Shown in pieces: positions 14,584 to 28,276 of a stretch of DNA of 64,000 nt. The notes under the pieces were generated by a model. The model ran no database searches and was not told the origin of the DNA. It saw only the letters and a list, made by a program, of their open reading frames with translations. The stretch's first letter is position 1; each line of letters begins with the position of its first letter. The translations under genes were made by a program, and so were the position numbers. The stretch is from Octopus sinensis (Eukaryota), in NCBI RefSeq assembly GCF_006345805.1, contig NC_043001.1, positions 91,140,001-91,204,000 of the forward strand, in the 5' to 3' direction.

Positions 14584-14965
14584 CTAGCAGTATCGCCCGG
14601 CATTGCTTGGGTTTGTTTTGACCCTTTAGAATTGGAATTTTTGAAAAGTAAAAATTTTGCATTATGTAGCTTGTTATTCTCTTTAAGTGAACATTTTTCT
14701 GGTTGAAATACACCAAAAAATGGTGACACAGCATTCAAAAAATAGGGATTTTCATAGAAAGAAAGCACCTTTTTGATGTAAATAATTTTTGGTGTTAACC
14801 TGGTCTGATTTGAATTTTTTCTTCTACGGAAGGAAGAGCAAGCCTTCTTTTATCATACTCTCAATTTTGGTCAACTTGCACCACAGGGTCTTGGAGGAGA
14901 TAGTGTTATTTGAAGGCTACCAAACCTGCCTTACACGGACAACATCAGCTTTATATATATAGAGA
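14584..14965 (-). mobile_element. Non-autonomous Helitron
   Basis: Minus strand reads A|TCTCTATATATATAAAGCTG...CCCAAGCAATGCCGGG (hairpin)...CTGCTAG|T; highly similar to 48611-49001. Confidence 0.85.
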
Positions 14966-16541
14966 TAGCTTGAATCTTGTTGTACCAAAGAAGAACAGTG
15001 GATATCACCCAGTTAAACAGTTAGTTAAATAAAGTTGATGAAAGTGCACAACCCTGTTGAATACTATATTTTATTTGAAATGTATAATCCTCCTTACTGT
15101 TGTAGATTTTAGTGAGAGTGCTAAAATAGTCTATCTTTGCCAGACAGCAGTTTCAGTGACACATCATCTGCTTCTCATATTATTTCACTCTTTTTGATAT
15201 TGTATTGAGTTGCCAGTTGTTTATAATCACTATAGGCTGTTGGAATGTCAAGCTCCTTCAAATGATGATAAAATGTGCAGATTTGATCAACATGTGAGAT
15301 GAAACTGAAAGCAGTGATAGCCACGGATTAATCTTGTGGATGAAGCTGAGGTCTTTCAAGTAGCAAGGTGGTGGAACTGAAGACGAAGCTAAAGGAAGCA
15401 AACACTTTAATTGGAAAGGTGGGATAATAAGGTATTATACTTCAAAGCAGCACAAAGAGTTAGTCATCCAGTATATTTAACAAAGAAACAAAGAATGGAA
15501 GTTTGCCAAATATCCTGTTCATATAAATTCTTGAGGCTAACATAAAAATGTTCAGGACTAAGATTTTTTTGTCTAAATTTCATTGACATTTCAGAATGAA
15601 ATCAGTTGAATATGTAATTGAATAGGGAAGGTATGTGTTATCTATATGGCATATATTAATTGCAGATAGCTGAGTCACTAGCCTATTGGTGGCTTGTATA
15701 CCATAAAATTATTGTTTTATTTGTGTTTTAGAATCTTTGTTCTCAGTGGCCCTATACATAGCTCAATAAAATTACAGCACATTTGTTTCTGTTAGTGTGG
15801 ATAAAAGAAGTGTTGAGTCTTATAGAACTCAATTGTATATCTAATCATACTGTAACAGTAACCATATTCTCTAGCCTATACATGAAGATAGAAGAGGTCT
15901 CATTTGCTTATGTAGTCTTCATTCAGGTCTTCAGTCTTCTGTCTATGCTGTTTTCCAGCTATATAACTTTATTCATCTATAGATACAATATATTTATAGA
16001 TAGGTAGGCAAATTAGCATTAAGTAAATACTGCTCTGGTGGGTTATGCTGTATGTTACTGAAAATTGACAAGTTTCATATTATTGGGTTGTAAAATGGGT
16101 ACATTTTTTATGGACCCATTGTTGTTATTGAATTTGGTTCTAATAGATATATTACAAAAATCAACAGTGTAGTGCTCTTGTAACTGAAAATAGTGAATGG
16201 GTGTGTTTGGTCTGCTGTTTACCAAGATGTAAGTTGTATATGAAGAATGAAGGGTTAGTTAATTCATGAAAATTATTACCAGATGTATCTAAATTGTGTA
16301 CTTTGCATCTTTTGGATAGTTTTAAAGGCAACATGAATTAACAGAAAATATAAATAGACATTTTTTTGAGGGTTGTAGCTGGGTGTATGAGACAAAATAG
16401 AAAGACAAATGTATGTTATTGACACATTTAAGACTCATTCAGTAGATTAGTTAAGCATAATAATTCTCTCCATTCTGTTGGTGAAATTTCCCAAGCTAAT
16501 TCTTAAGATATTTTCTAGATGTATAGATGGATGATTACATT

Positions 16542-16760
16542 TCATCATCATCATCATTTAACATTTATCTTTAATACTAGCAATAGGTTAGATGGTTTGA
16601 CAGGATCTGGTGAGCTGAAGGACTGCATCAAATTTCATTGTTTGCTTTGGTATGATTTCTATGGCTGGATGCCCTCTCTAACTCAAACTACTTTACAGAG
16701 TGTACTGGGTGTCTTTTGGTACACCAACCCTAGTAAGGTTGCCAAATAACTTGCAAGACA
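16542..16760 (-). mobile_element. RTE 3'-tail-derived short element
   Basis: (cat)n tail and ggctggatgccct block shared with the RTE 3' UTR at 49025-49210. Confidence 0.65.
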
Positions 16761-17842
16761 ATGCAAAAAGGCCTTAACTGAGTGTGGGTGTATTATTGAA
16801 AGAGGTGGCTTTATTCTTGTGTTGAGAGTGCCAAGCACAAGTGCTTTGCTACAGAGGAGGTGCATGGTCACACCAGATTATATAAGGGTAAGTGGGAGTA
16901 GCTGAAAAAGAGATAAAGATGGTGGTGATGAGTTGTTAGGACAGGCTCTCAAGGTACAAGAAGGTGAGTATATGAGAGAATAGGGACAGTGTCTCAGATG
17001 ATTACATACTGCTTTTAAAATTAAAACAAGCAAAAATGATCCAATTGTCAGCTATTTAAATTTAGAAACAGTTTCAGATTAGGATGACATTTCAGGATGT
17101 AGGTAACAATAAATAACAAGATTTCTCTTACATCAAAATGCAAGGTTGGTTTTGTTTGTAATTGATTGTTATGACTGCAATAGCTTGCTGATACTTCTGT
17201 TATTACTGCTGTATGAAAGGTGAATAAATTAGTTCAGACATGATTTGTACTCTGAGGCTAGATGCTCTAATTAATCTAGTCATGTTTGCTACTGTTTGTG
17301 TTACTACTTTTAAAGGTAAAATATGCATGATGAAATATTAGTTTTTACTGAAGCCCTCCTCATAGTACACTATGGTAAATTAACCATGTAGAACCCTATC
17401 TATTCAAGCTATGGTAGGATTTAAATTAAAAGTTGTCATCTAGTGTATCATCCATCAATTACATTTGTTGTTACTGCTTACGACAATGAGAATTACCTCT
17501 GCATTTCCTAGACAGGAGAACTGGGTGTGTGTCTTGACTGTTGCCATTGTGAATTACTTACAAATTTACTCAGCCCTGTATCTCTAATGGTAATCCTCTT
17601 TTCTGTTTTTTTTGACATATGTCTTTTTCATGCTGGTATGGGTTGGTTAGTTCTGTCAGTCTTCATCGTGTACGACAGGCTTTGATTTTTAACATGGATT
17701 TACTTCTGGATGCTTTTCCCATAGTCAACTATTTTACCGCATAGACTAGGTGCATTTTATCATGATACCTGTACAAGAGATGCTGTCTGTAGGTGTAAAG
17801 TGTCTCCTCTACACTGTATCAGTTTTTTATTTAGAGTTATAA

Positions 17843-18360
17843 GTGCAGATTTAGCTGTGTGGTCAAAAAGCTTGCATCTTAACCATTTAGTTTCAGGCTC
17901 AGTCCCACTATGTGACACCTTGGGCAAGTGTCTTCTACTATAGCTTCAGAATTACCAATGCTTCTTGAGTGAATTTGGTATCCTGGTAATGTAATGGTTC
18001 AGCAAAAGAGAATGATAGCATAAGTATCAGACTTTAAGAAAATAAGTACAGGTGTCGATTGTTCCAGCAAGGTCGCAGTCCTGTCACTGAAGCAAGTAAA
18101 AGATGAAGGGTGTGTGTGTGTGTGTTTGCATGTACCCTTGTCTTGACATAATGCAATGATTGAAAAATGAGTATCACCATCATCCAAATGATGTCGTTCA
18201 TTGCTAGTCTTCCATGAAAAACATATGTGACCAAAGGGGACTATTGCCTTGATTGGAAATAGGATATTGATTGGTGGTAAGGATACAGAAAACCTATCTG
18301 AACAAATTTTATCTGATCTATGAAAGCAGGAGAATGTAAATGTTAATTGATGATGATTAC
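17843..18360 (+). mobile_element. SINE family B-related (CORE head, degenerate RTE-type tail)
   Basis: cagtcccact...caccttgggcaagtgtcttctactatagc head; decayed tail ending gatgatg. Confidence 0.6.
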
Positions 18361-18898
18361 TGCTCTCCTAAACAAGTAGCTTTCATTGTATTTTGTGGAG
18401 TGTATATCTCTTCCATTTCTTTTTTCCATTTTTGACATAAAAATATTTAAACAAAAGCTAGAAAAACAATGTAGAGTAGTTACTAAGTATTACATTTTTT
18501 TTTTTTTTTTGGTTGGCAGCACCAACAGACTATATAGCACTCAATAATTTTCCTTTAGGCTATCTAAGTATTCATTTTTATCTTATTAATGTTCTTAGCT
18601 CATTACTTGTTGATAAAAGGAGAGGCTTCAGGTAACCCATGAAGTATGGTTTACAGCATCCTGGAAGAAAAGCTGTTTTGTTCCTTTGAGAATTTCTCAA
18701 ACATACCAACAGTTTCTTTGCTTTGAATAGGGTAATGGTTTTGACTTTTGTGAAGGAGCAGTTGGTTACTTTTTTGAAAAAAAATTCTCGAAATTATTTA
18801 AATGTTTTGATGAATAAGGCCAATAAACAATATAACTCCTTGTTACAATTTTTGCTGAAGCAAATGAAATATTCTTCTTTAATGGTCTGTATAGATTA

Positions 18899-18902
<4 letters not shown>

Positions 18903-18947
<45 letters not shown>

Positions 18948-18980
18948 GAGAAAGAGATAGAGTTAGAGAGACAGACAGAG
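18903..18980. repeat. (TG)n/(AG)n microsatellite
   Basis: Directly visible. Confidence 0.95.
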
Positions 18981-19564
18981 TGGATAGATCAATTTTTGTA
19001 GTCTTCTGCAGGTTATCTATATATACTGTGCAAGTATATCTGTCTTCCAGTTGGTGATTGTTTTTCTAGGCTGTTCTGAAAAAACCCTAGTTTCTAACGA
19101 TATAAATAGATGAAAACTGCTAAATTGGTTCAGCATGTGGTTATTTCTAGCATGTAGTTTGTTTTATTTGTTGTTTCTTTCATTCTTTATAAAGCAAATT
19201 GGTCTGGTTTTAGCTGGGTTTACAGACCTAATTTCCAAGTACAATGAGAAAAAAAATACAATTTCATGTGTGTCTAATTATTTTTAAAAAACTACTTGAC
19301 ATGCATTAATTCAAGCTAACTTGTGGAGATGACTTTTGCCAATATAGATATTACTGTATGAAATATTCTCTACCATTAATCAGTAAATCGGTGAGGTGCC
19401 TATTTTCAGCTAGACTGACTTAGGAAGTTGTCATATGCCATCTTTAGCTGTATAACACAATCTACTTAGTGTAGCAAAGTTTGAAACAAAGACCAGTGGT
19501 TTGTATTCGAGTCCTTTATAATTTCAGTAATTTTGCTGGCTTGTAAAAGAAAAAATACAATTAT

Positions 19565-19735
19565 TAGCTGGCAGCTTTAGTATTTTTTCTAGCTCATTGT
19601 TTTGAGTTCAAATTCTATTGAGGTCAGCTTTGCCTTCTGTTCTCTAAGATTGATGAAATAAAGTACCAGTCAAATACTGGAGATGATGACCTCCTCCCCT
19701 CAAAATTGCTGGCCTTGTGCCTATGTTAGAAACAA
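19565..19735 (+). mobile_element. SINE family A, degenerate
   Basis: gagttcaaattc...gaggtcagctttgcct...aagtaccagt...ggccttgtgcct. Confidence 0.65.
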
Positions 19736-19898
19736 TTTCATTCTCCCTTTTAACTTGTTTTTGAATCATTGTAATCTACACTCCTATTTTTCTATTAAAT
19801 CCTCCTATCTAAAAATACAATATGTTTGCATTAAAAAAATTCATAATGTATATTAGGACTTGAAATTAATTTCATACAAATGTATGCCATTAAAAAAT

Positions 19899-20295
19899 TT
19901 TCTTTTCTACTCTAAGCACAAGGCTCAAAATTTTGTGGGGAGGGGGCCAGTTGATTAGATCGACTCCAGTATGCAACTGGTACTTAATTTATCGAACCTG
20001 AAAGGATGAAAGGCAAAGTTGACCTCAGTAGAATTTGAACTCAATGTAACGACAGATGAAATACCTATTTCTTTATTACCCACAAGGGGCTAAACACAGA
20101 GAGGACAAACAAGGACAGACAAATGGATTAAGTCAATTACATTGACCCCAGTGTGTAACTGGTACTTAATTTATCGACCCTGAAAGGATGAAAGGCAAAG
20201 TCGACCTCAGCGGAATTTGAACTCAGAATGTAACAGCAGATGAAATATGGCTACACATTTCGCCCGGCATGCTAACGTCTCTGCCAGCTCGCCTT
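19899..20295 (-). mobile_element. SINE family A, internally duplicated (dimeric) copy with 12-bp TSD
   Basis: Central block occurs twice (about 19950-20065 and 20130-20247); ccattaaaaaat at 19887-19898 and 20296-20307. Confidence 0.85.
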
Positions 20296-21472
20296 CCATT
20301 AAAAAATATTAGTGCAGGAATAAGTAACTGTTCACTTGCATTTATAAAGTGATGTAATCAACATAATTCAAACTCTAGTATCATATTTTTTGACCTGGCT
20401 TTTCATTTTAGACTGCATAGACATCATAAAAAGAGACAATTTGAAGAATTTTTGATCCTTTCATTCTAAAAAGTACTTCAGTTTCTTGTATCCTTTAGTG
20501 TATGTAGAAATTACGAACTACTTTGTATGTTATTTCTGGAATGCGTAATACTAAATACTAAATCTGAAACAATGAAGAACAAAGAACAGTGAACATCCGA
20601 TTGTTTTGAGCTACTATTTTATGATTGCTGTTGACCTGAGGCTCAACAAGAAGAATGAATAAATAATACTGTATTATTTTTATTGAGCTATCTATTTTAT
20701 TTATTTGCTGTTTGTTGCATTGCTTTGCTTAAAGCTGAAATCTATCCGAGAGAAAGCACATATTTGAATATTAATTTTTTCACTGTTTAAATGTTGCTGG
20801 TCAGAAATTGAGACTGTTGTAGATCTACTTGTGACATTAAAAATCTCTTAGTTACTCTAGGGAGGTTAATTAAAGTGAAATAATTTGACAATTTTTTTGC
20901 TGACTGTTTGCTTGAAAGCTGGTTTAAAAAAATATTCTTTAACATTTTTGGTAAATAGTTAGCTTTTCTTATTGCTCCCAGTAATCTATTGGTTTTGATC
21001 AATTGCTTAATTATTTATAGAAGTTAAACAGTATTATTAATAATGATAGAAAAAAAAAAGGCTATAGAAACAATTATTTGCATTTTACCATATATGTCCC
21101 AAACTAAGAACAAGTACACCGCTTCCCCATGTGTCATAAGATGTGATGAAATGGATTGGCAACAGAAAGAGTTTCTGATTATAAAACAGTTTCAGAAAAA
21201 TGGCCCATCTCATTTAAAAATGGAAAAGTGAATGTAAAATGCTTCTGCTGTTGATGATACAATTATTTGCTGTGATAAGAATAGTTAATGAATTTTATTA
21301 AAATAATCAACAACAAAATAAGCATTCACTATGGAATACTGGAAACATAAGATTAGATTAAGTCCCACTGCATACTTTGTATAAGGGTTTATTTTTGATT
21401 GCTAGTATCAGTATTTCCAGGTTGGGCCTATATATTCTTCATTTAACTTACATGCTAGTTTAAATTTATATT

Positions 21473-21680
21473 GGTTTTAAATTTTAGCACAAGGCTAGCA
21501 ATTTTAGAGGAAGGGTTAAGTCAATTGTATCAACTGACTTAATACTCAACTGGTACTTATTTTATCAACCCTGAAAGGCAAAGTTGATCTTGGAAGCATT
21601 TGAACTCAGGACTTAAAAACAAATGAAATACTGCTAAGCATTTTGCCTGGCATATTAATGATTCTGCCAACTTGCCACCT
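21473..21680 (-). mobile_element. SINE family A with 17-bp TSD
   Basis: Flanks tagtttaaatttatatt and tagtttcaatttatatt. Confidence 0.8.
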
Positions 21681-21709
21681 TAGTTTCAATTTATATTCAG
21701 TCCACACTG

Positions 21710-22330
21710 CAAAATGGTTGGCATTTGGAAAGGCATCCAGCTGTAAAAAGCATGTCAAAACCAACCCCATCTGTGCTCATGCCATGTAAAAAACACTCAG
21801 CCCACTCTGTAGGGTGATTGGTGTTAGGAAGGGCATCCAGCTGTAAAAAACAATGCCAAAACAAACAGATGTATGGTGCAGGCTTCTGCTTAGCCAGCTC
21901 CTGTCAAACTGTCCAACCTATGCCAGCATGGAAGGAGGGCATTAAACAATGATAATGATAGCATTTACTTTTCCATGCTTTCATAGGTTAGACAGAATTC
22001 ACTAAGGTAGATTTTCTATGGCTGGGTGCCCTTCCTGTTACAATTTCTTCCCTGTTTCTAAGCAAGGTAATATTTCCCCATGGCCAGACATGCTTCCATA
22101 GAAGGTTGGAAGCAAACTATACTGTTTCTGCAACAGTAATGCTTATTTACAACCCTCATACAATGTCATGACAAGGTGACACAGGCACACACATATATGA
22201 CGGGCTTCATTGAGTTTCCATCTACCACATCCACTCAGGAGAGTTTGGTTGGTGTGGAACTATACTAGACACTTGCTCAAGTTGTCATGTCATTGATAAA
22301 CAAACTCCTTGACCACATAACCATGTCTAC
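21710..22330. mobile_element. Tail-to-tail pair: RTE-tail element (+) and CORE-SINE with RTE tail (-)
   Basis: ggaagggcatccagctgt twice, then ccatgccagcatgga-like tail on +; ttccatgct...gcccttcct...ccactca and a SINE head on -. Confidence 0.6.
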
Positions 22331-22897
22331 TCTGACTAGTAAATATTAATTTCATGCATAAGGAACAAAACCTCAGATTTAGAAAATTCAGATTGTCTGT
22401 TATATTGATGTCAGTATAAACCTCATACTATATTTTGTCTTCATTAATGAAAGCCATTCGGCTTGGAGTTGAGTTCAGAACATAAAAGGGTCTTAATCAA
22501 ACCTATCCACAGCTTATTTTACCCTATGCTCTGAAGTAAATATTAATGATTTTATTTTTTTTTAAAATCCACTTTTATCATTCTAATTATTGCCTTGACC
22601 TCATTGAAAACTATAGTAGATGTTTTAAGTTTCATATTATTCATTATCTCATCAAAGCTTAATGTACTATTGTTACATATCCTTAATTTTTATTTGTTAA
22701 CTATCAAAATACTACAGTAATTCCCTACATGGACTTAACTAATTTTTTTATATGAAGAAAACACTTCTCTTGTGGCTAGAATCATACACACATGTAATCA
22801 GCTTTAGATATTTTTCTTTGTTGTGATTTTTAAAACTGTTAAGAATTACATTTTTTCAACAAGCAATTGAAAGAAAATTTTGGCAGACTAATATTAA

Positions 22898-23099
22898 TTA
22901 CAAATTTTGGTACAAAGTCAGCAATTTCAGTCAATTAGATTGACCCCAGTTTTCAACTGGTGCTTATTTTATCAACGCTGAAAGGATAACAGGCAAAATC
23001 GACTTCAGTGGAATTTGAACTCAGAACATGAAGACAGACAAAATGCCACCAAGCATTTTGCTTGGCATGCTAATAATTCTGCGAGTTTGTTGCTTTTAA
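22898..23099 (-). mobile_element. SINE family A with 15-bp TSD
   Basis: gcagactaatattaa at 22883-22897 and 23100-23114. Confidence 0.8.
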
Positions 23100-23902
23100 G
23101 CAGACTAATATTAACAATGTAATTATTGAGCTGTGATATTAATTTGTACATTAATGGAAGAATATTGGTCTCATCAGGTGATTCCAAATTTGTAACATTT
23201 TAAAAAATAGAACCTCTCTTCTGTGTGTGAAGTGTATCATCACCTTTCTGTATATTAATTCACATGAATGAGATGTCAACAGTGTTAATTACCCAAGTAC
23301 ATTTTTGATGATGTTGTTCTGTAATGAGTGATTAATTATTTGTTAAACTTTTCTCACACACCTGGTTGGTATTTCATAAGACTCCAGTTTATTTTCAACT
23401 TTTGAGATCTTGTTCTACAGAGATCTATATTTTTAACTGATTATTTTTACTTGTTTTGGTTTTCAAATGCAATCACCTAAAATTGGCTCATTAGTTGATT
23501 GATTAACTAATAAGTTAAGGGATATCAGTTGTTCAGTTGTTTTTGTAGTATCACATATATTAGTTACAAGTCTTTTTTTAAAATGCCTGGTAAAAGATTC
23601 AATGATGTTAAAGTTTGGCTTTTAGTAGACTTCAGTGATGAATTAAAATATTACAAATCAGTAATTTTTTTTAAAGACAGAACAAGAGAATGCATTCGAA
23701 ACACTGTCATGTTTCTCTTACATTATATTCAGTGACTACCAATTATAGTGTATGTTATCAGATAAGATTATAAGAACTTAGAAGTATTGATGGAGTTAGG
23801 ACTATTAATATTTTAAACTATGAAAAATAAGTAACTTTTACGGAAAACCATAAAAAATAAAATAAAAATGATTTGAACATAGTTGTGGCTTTTATAACAT
23901 AT

Positions 23903-23913
23903 GCACGCGCGCA

Positions 23914-23964
<51 letters not shown>
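23903..23964. repeat. (GC)n-(CA)n microsatellite
   Basis: Directly visible, about 40 nt upstream of a splice acceptor. Confidence 0.95.
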
Positions 23965-23968
<4 letters not shown>

Positions 23969-24007
23969 TAAAATGTGTCAAATTTGATTTTCTTTATTTT
24001 AGAAGCC

Positions 24008-24245
24008 ATGTCAGCTGAAACCCCCCAACGTGCTGTTTCTAATGGTGCACCGGACAATGAGGAGGACACATTTGAGAAGGATTTGAATGAAATGCTTCAG
24101 GATGCTCCAAGTCTAAACGATAGTTGTTCAACTGTTCAGAGTGGCAGCCCACGGAAGATCGCTACGGCTGCTGCAGCACCTCCTACCACCTTTAATTCCA
24201 ACCCTGCAGATTCTTCACACACTCGACCATACACTGGGCCACCAG
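24008..24245 (+). CDS. Probable first coding exon of an unidentified gene (MSAETPQRAVSNGAPDNEEDTFEKDLNEMLQDAPSLNDSCSTVQSGSPRKIATAAAAPPTTFNSNPADSSHTRPYTGPP-); exon 24003-24245
   Basis: Acceptor ttttctttattttag|AAGCCATG with good Kozak context, donor CCAG|gtgagg, raised GC, non-repetitive, disordered-type peptide; ends in phase 1. Confidence 0.85.
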
Positions 24246-24802
24246 GTGAGGATGCTTCTTTCTCTCTATTTCTCATATATGTACCTGGCCGAAGAAAATC
24301 AAAACTATTTTTGGACAGGATTTGGATAGATTGCAAATGGTTTTGAGGCCTCTTTCTTCAAATATCCCTATCTTTCAAAATATGCTGAAACATTTTGTTG
24401 TTCAGATCATATGCTGAAAAATTTTATGATTTAAAAAAAATATTTGTTATGTGTGTGTATGCATGCGCACATGTTGTTGAGCCCAAGGTCAGCCCTGATT
24501 GAGTAGACCTATGGCCAAGGGCTCATGCTATAAGCATCCTTATTTTTTTAGAGACTTGTGCTTCTTTTTAAAGGTAGCAGTGTATGATTTTATAAAAATT
24601 TGCCTACTATTTTTAGCAGTTGAATGACTATGGAGAGAAGCTCTCTCATTGGTTTGTATGTGTGAGGTTGTTTGTTGTTCATGTATGTTTTGCTAACAAC
24701 TTTCATTTTGAACCTAACATATCATTTTAAAGTGTATTTCAATAGGGAAGGAATTGATTGCATTTATTAATATCAAGTAATGTCTCTTTTCAATATACAT
24801 TT

Positions 24803-25705
24803 AGTTCTATATTTAAGAGATGAGGAATTATTTACATTTGACAGATATTTGTCCTCACCTTGTTTGTTGTTAACATGACGTTTCTGCTGATTACCCTCCA
24901 GCCTTCATCAGCTGTCTTGGGGAAATTTCAAATCTAGGTTCTCATTCCTAAGGTATTTTTTGATGTTATTATTATTATTCAGGTCACTATCGAACTAAGA
25001 ATCTTGGGGTTAGTAGCCTGTGCTCTAAATCACTATGCCACATGCCCGTAGGCAATTATGGAGTTAATTTTAGGGATTATAAATCTAATATTTTCCTATC
25101 CTTCCTTAATACCGGTTCCCATATGCTATTCATATCTGCACTCGGTCTGCTTAGAAGGTTGTTGTGCCCTAGCATATGTGTTGCTTCTTTTAATTTTCAT
25201 ATTTTCCGGTGGTGTTCTCTGTCTATTATTTTAATTTCATCCCTCAGGGGAAGGTGGTCTCCATTTTTCCATTCATTATCAGCTATACCTGATTTATCAA
25301 TATCTCATGTCACAGCTTTGCAATGTTCGTCTACCCTTATTTTGAGGGGGCAGCATGTTTCACCTTTGATAACCTACCACAGCTGCATGGGACGGAGTAC
25401 GTGTAGTCTTTGGTCATATTCTCTTCTATTGGTCGTTTTACTCGAAGGAGATATTTGCAAAGTGTTGTATTGCTTTTAAATACTGTCCTGATGTCATATG
25501 GACTGCATATCTTTTGTATCTTTTCGGTGAGGCCTTTCACATAGAGTAGACAGACTGTGGAGAGTTTATTGGTTTCATCCTCTCTTTTCTTCATAATTGG
25601 AGTGGATAGTATGTTTTTGGGGTAGTTGTGTTTGTAGAAATGTTGTGCTAACAACAAACAAGACTAGGACAAATATCCGTCAAATGTAAATAATGTAAAT
25701 ATTGT
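24803..25705 (-). mobile_element. 5'-truncated Penelope-like element (RT thumb to GIY-YIG remnant, pLTR, inverted partial pLTR)
   Basis: YVKGLTEKIQKIC...VFKSNTTL...YSVPCSCG, then GETCCPLKIRVDEH...LKEA after a frameshift; inverted ends 24828-24884 and 25637-25693; 11-bp flanking repeat aatatacattt. Confidence 0.85.
24871..24917 (-). ncRNA. Minimal type I hammerhead ribozyme motif in the Penelope pLTR
   Basis: gacagCTGATGAaggctg-gagggtaat-cagcaGAAACGTCatgtt; core intact, stems I and II have mismatches. Confidence 0.65.
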
Positions 25706-26082
25706 AATATACATTTCTTATACAAATGAAGCTGTTTTAATTTAGAGCTGTTAAGGAGAACATATAAGTGGGTTCACTGGCTGAATCTCACCAGCAATTG
25801 CTTTAATTGCTTGATTAAAAGGATTTTAACAAGTGACAGGCTGGATTAAAGGACTGCTAATATAATATGGTGATTAGTGGGTGATTATAAAGGAGCAGTT
25901 AGGAGATCAGCTATAAAACACTGCCTTAGAAAAACCTGTTCAACAATGATGATGGTGATAATGGCATTTACTTTATTTAATGTGGTTATTTTGTATGATG
26001 TTGATAGGTACTTTTTTCTCTTGATATGCATTCATATATACAGAGAGAGGCAGTGAGGAAGAGAAAGAAAGATAGAGGGAGT

Positions 26083-26227
26083 GTAGGTATGTCTGTGTGG
26101 CTAAGAAGTTCGTTTTGCAACCTTATGGTGCCAAGTTCATTCCCACTACATGGCATCATGGTCAAGTGTTTTCTACTATAGTCTTGCATGAATGGAATTT
26201 GGGAGACAAAAACTGTTCAGAAGCCTG

Positions 26228-26281
<54 letters not shown>

Positions 26282-26375
26282 TGGTCAATGAACTTCATTC
26301 TTTCAAGGCAGTGCTCCAGCACAATGTGGTGCCCCAGCAAGGCTGCAGTCTGATTACTGAAACAGATAAAAGATA
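26083..26375 (+). mobile_element. SINE family B with internal (TG)n(TA)n
   Basis: Head and gtgctccagca...actgaaaca tail resemble 45367-45752. Confidence 0.65.
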
Positions 26376-28063
26376 TATATATTTTTAATAGGAAAAGGTT
26401 AACAAGAACTTTGAAATTGTTGCTTGCTTGCTATCACCAGACACTATCAACCTTTTCCTTGTAAAAATTATTTAATATATACTTCACTAAATAGTACTGA
26501 ATAAACCTTCACTTTAATGCTAACTTGTTTTTATATATAGCCTTGTATAAAAATATACAGTCCATTGCAAGGTTGCCCATTTACAAATAAGAGTGGACCA
26601 GAGCAATGTGAAATGAAGTGCTTCGCTCGAGAATACTATGCACTACTGGTTCAGAAATCAAGACCACAATTTTGTGATCATGAGTGCAACAGCATAACAG
26701 AAAATAGCTGCCATATATACTGAGAGCAAACCTGGTACCATCTAACTGCATAATGAATTTCTTAACCACATCCTTATATATGTACTTGTCTATACCATAT
26801 AGCTATGTCTCCACTTTTTACACTTAAGTGAAGCTATTCTGTCTGATCTGTTGAATGTTCTGAGCAGTAAATGTAAAGTTGTCATTGTATATGAATATTG
26901 AACAAAATATATATTTCCAAGTCATACTTGTTTAATGACTGACTTGATCTGCAGTCATATGATAAAAGTTGATTGTATCTGGGAAGGGTCATGGATAGCT
27001 TTAAAGTATACATGCCACATTCACCTTTGTTTGATTTTGTAATAAATTTGTCAGTAATTAGGTCAAAGATATCTGATGAAACTTTTCAACACTTTTTAGT
27101 ATAGGCAGCAGGTTGGTGGTGTAGTTATGCCATCAAGCAGAATGTTTCATGATACTTGTTCTAACTCTCTGCACTCCAAGTTCAAATCCTGATGTGGTCA
27201 TCTTTGCCTCTCATCTTTCAAAGGTTGATAGATAGGCAGAATTATAAAAAGTCTGACCAACTGCCTTATAATATTTGTTGTCTCTTTGCATTTTGAGTTC
27301 AAATCCTGCCCTGGCTGATTCCCCAGCTTAACACTGCCAACAAACACCTTGGGTGCCTTTAGCAGAGCTCACTTGGTTTCAGGCATTCAGTTCAGGTTTC
27401 TAGTTCAAGGATACTTCCCTTCCTCCCACCAGGTTTGGAGACCTTATGGCAAGTCCTGGGCATTACCTTCTCTCCTGAGCAAAACATAAAAGAAAAAAAA
27501 ATTGATACAGTACTTTTCACAAAATAGAGCAAAACGTCTGTACATGTATGTGTGTTTCAAATAGCTATCAGGATTTCTACAAAATATTTTAAGATAATTT
27601 TTAACTTGTTTTAAGAGACATTTTTGTATATATTTACATATATTAGTAGCAAAAAAAAGGTTTCTGGAAAGTTCATATATTCCATGAGTTCAGTGATTAT
27701 TAATCAACTCTTCAGTGGTGTATTGTGCATACATGTGTACAGGTTCGGAAAAGTTGGATGTCAGATATGATGGATTCCGCATAATGTGTGTGTGAATTCA
27801 TGTTCAGGTTTAATTTTAAGTTTTGTTTTTGTTAATGAAAGTGTTTTGGTTTATGCTCTTTTCCTTATGTGTATGTATTTGTGTAGAGAGCTGTCTCCCT
27901 ATTTTCTGATCTATCTACAGGTTAATTATACTGCCCCCCCCCCTCCCATCCTTCCTGCACTGCCACTTATCACCTCCTCCTTACTGCATCATTTCTATTT
28001 ATTTACCTCCTCACCCATACTGATATTTACTATCAACTATATCTCCAACATGTATGCATTGTA

Positions 28064-28276
28064 AGGAGGTGCAGAAAAGTTCCTGGCTTTGTGTAAAATA
28101 AAATAAAAGAGGATCAGTTAATTATGATTTTATTTAACATATTCCCCTCTCAGATTCACACACTTATTGCAGCAGTCCATCAGTTTTTCTAAGCCCTGTA
28201 AAAGAACTCAGAAGGTTGGGCCTCCAACCAGGCCTTTCGTGATACCCTTAAAGCCAGGAACTTTTCAGCTCCTGCT
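28064..28276. mobile_element. mariner-type MITE
   Basis: TIRs aggaggtgcagaaaagttcctggcttt and aaagccaggaacttttcagctcct; TA at the left flank. Confidence 0.7.

Noticed and set aside
23975-24346. 123-aa ORF as a single-exon gene
   Set aside because: The ends run through clear splice signals into AT-rich intron; only 24003-24245 looks exonic
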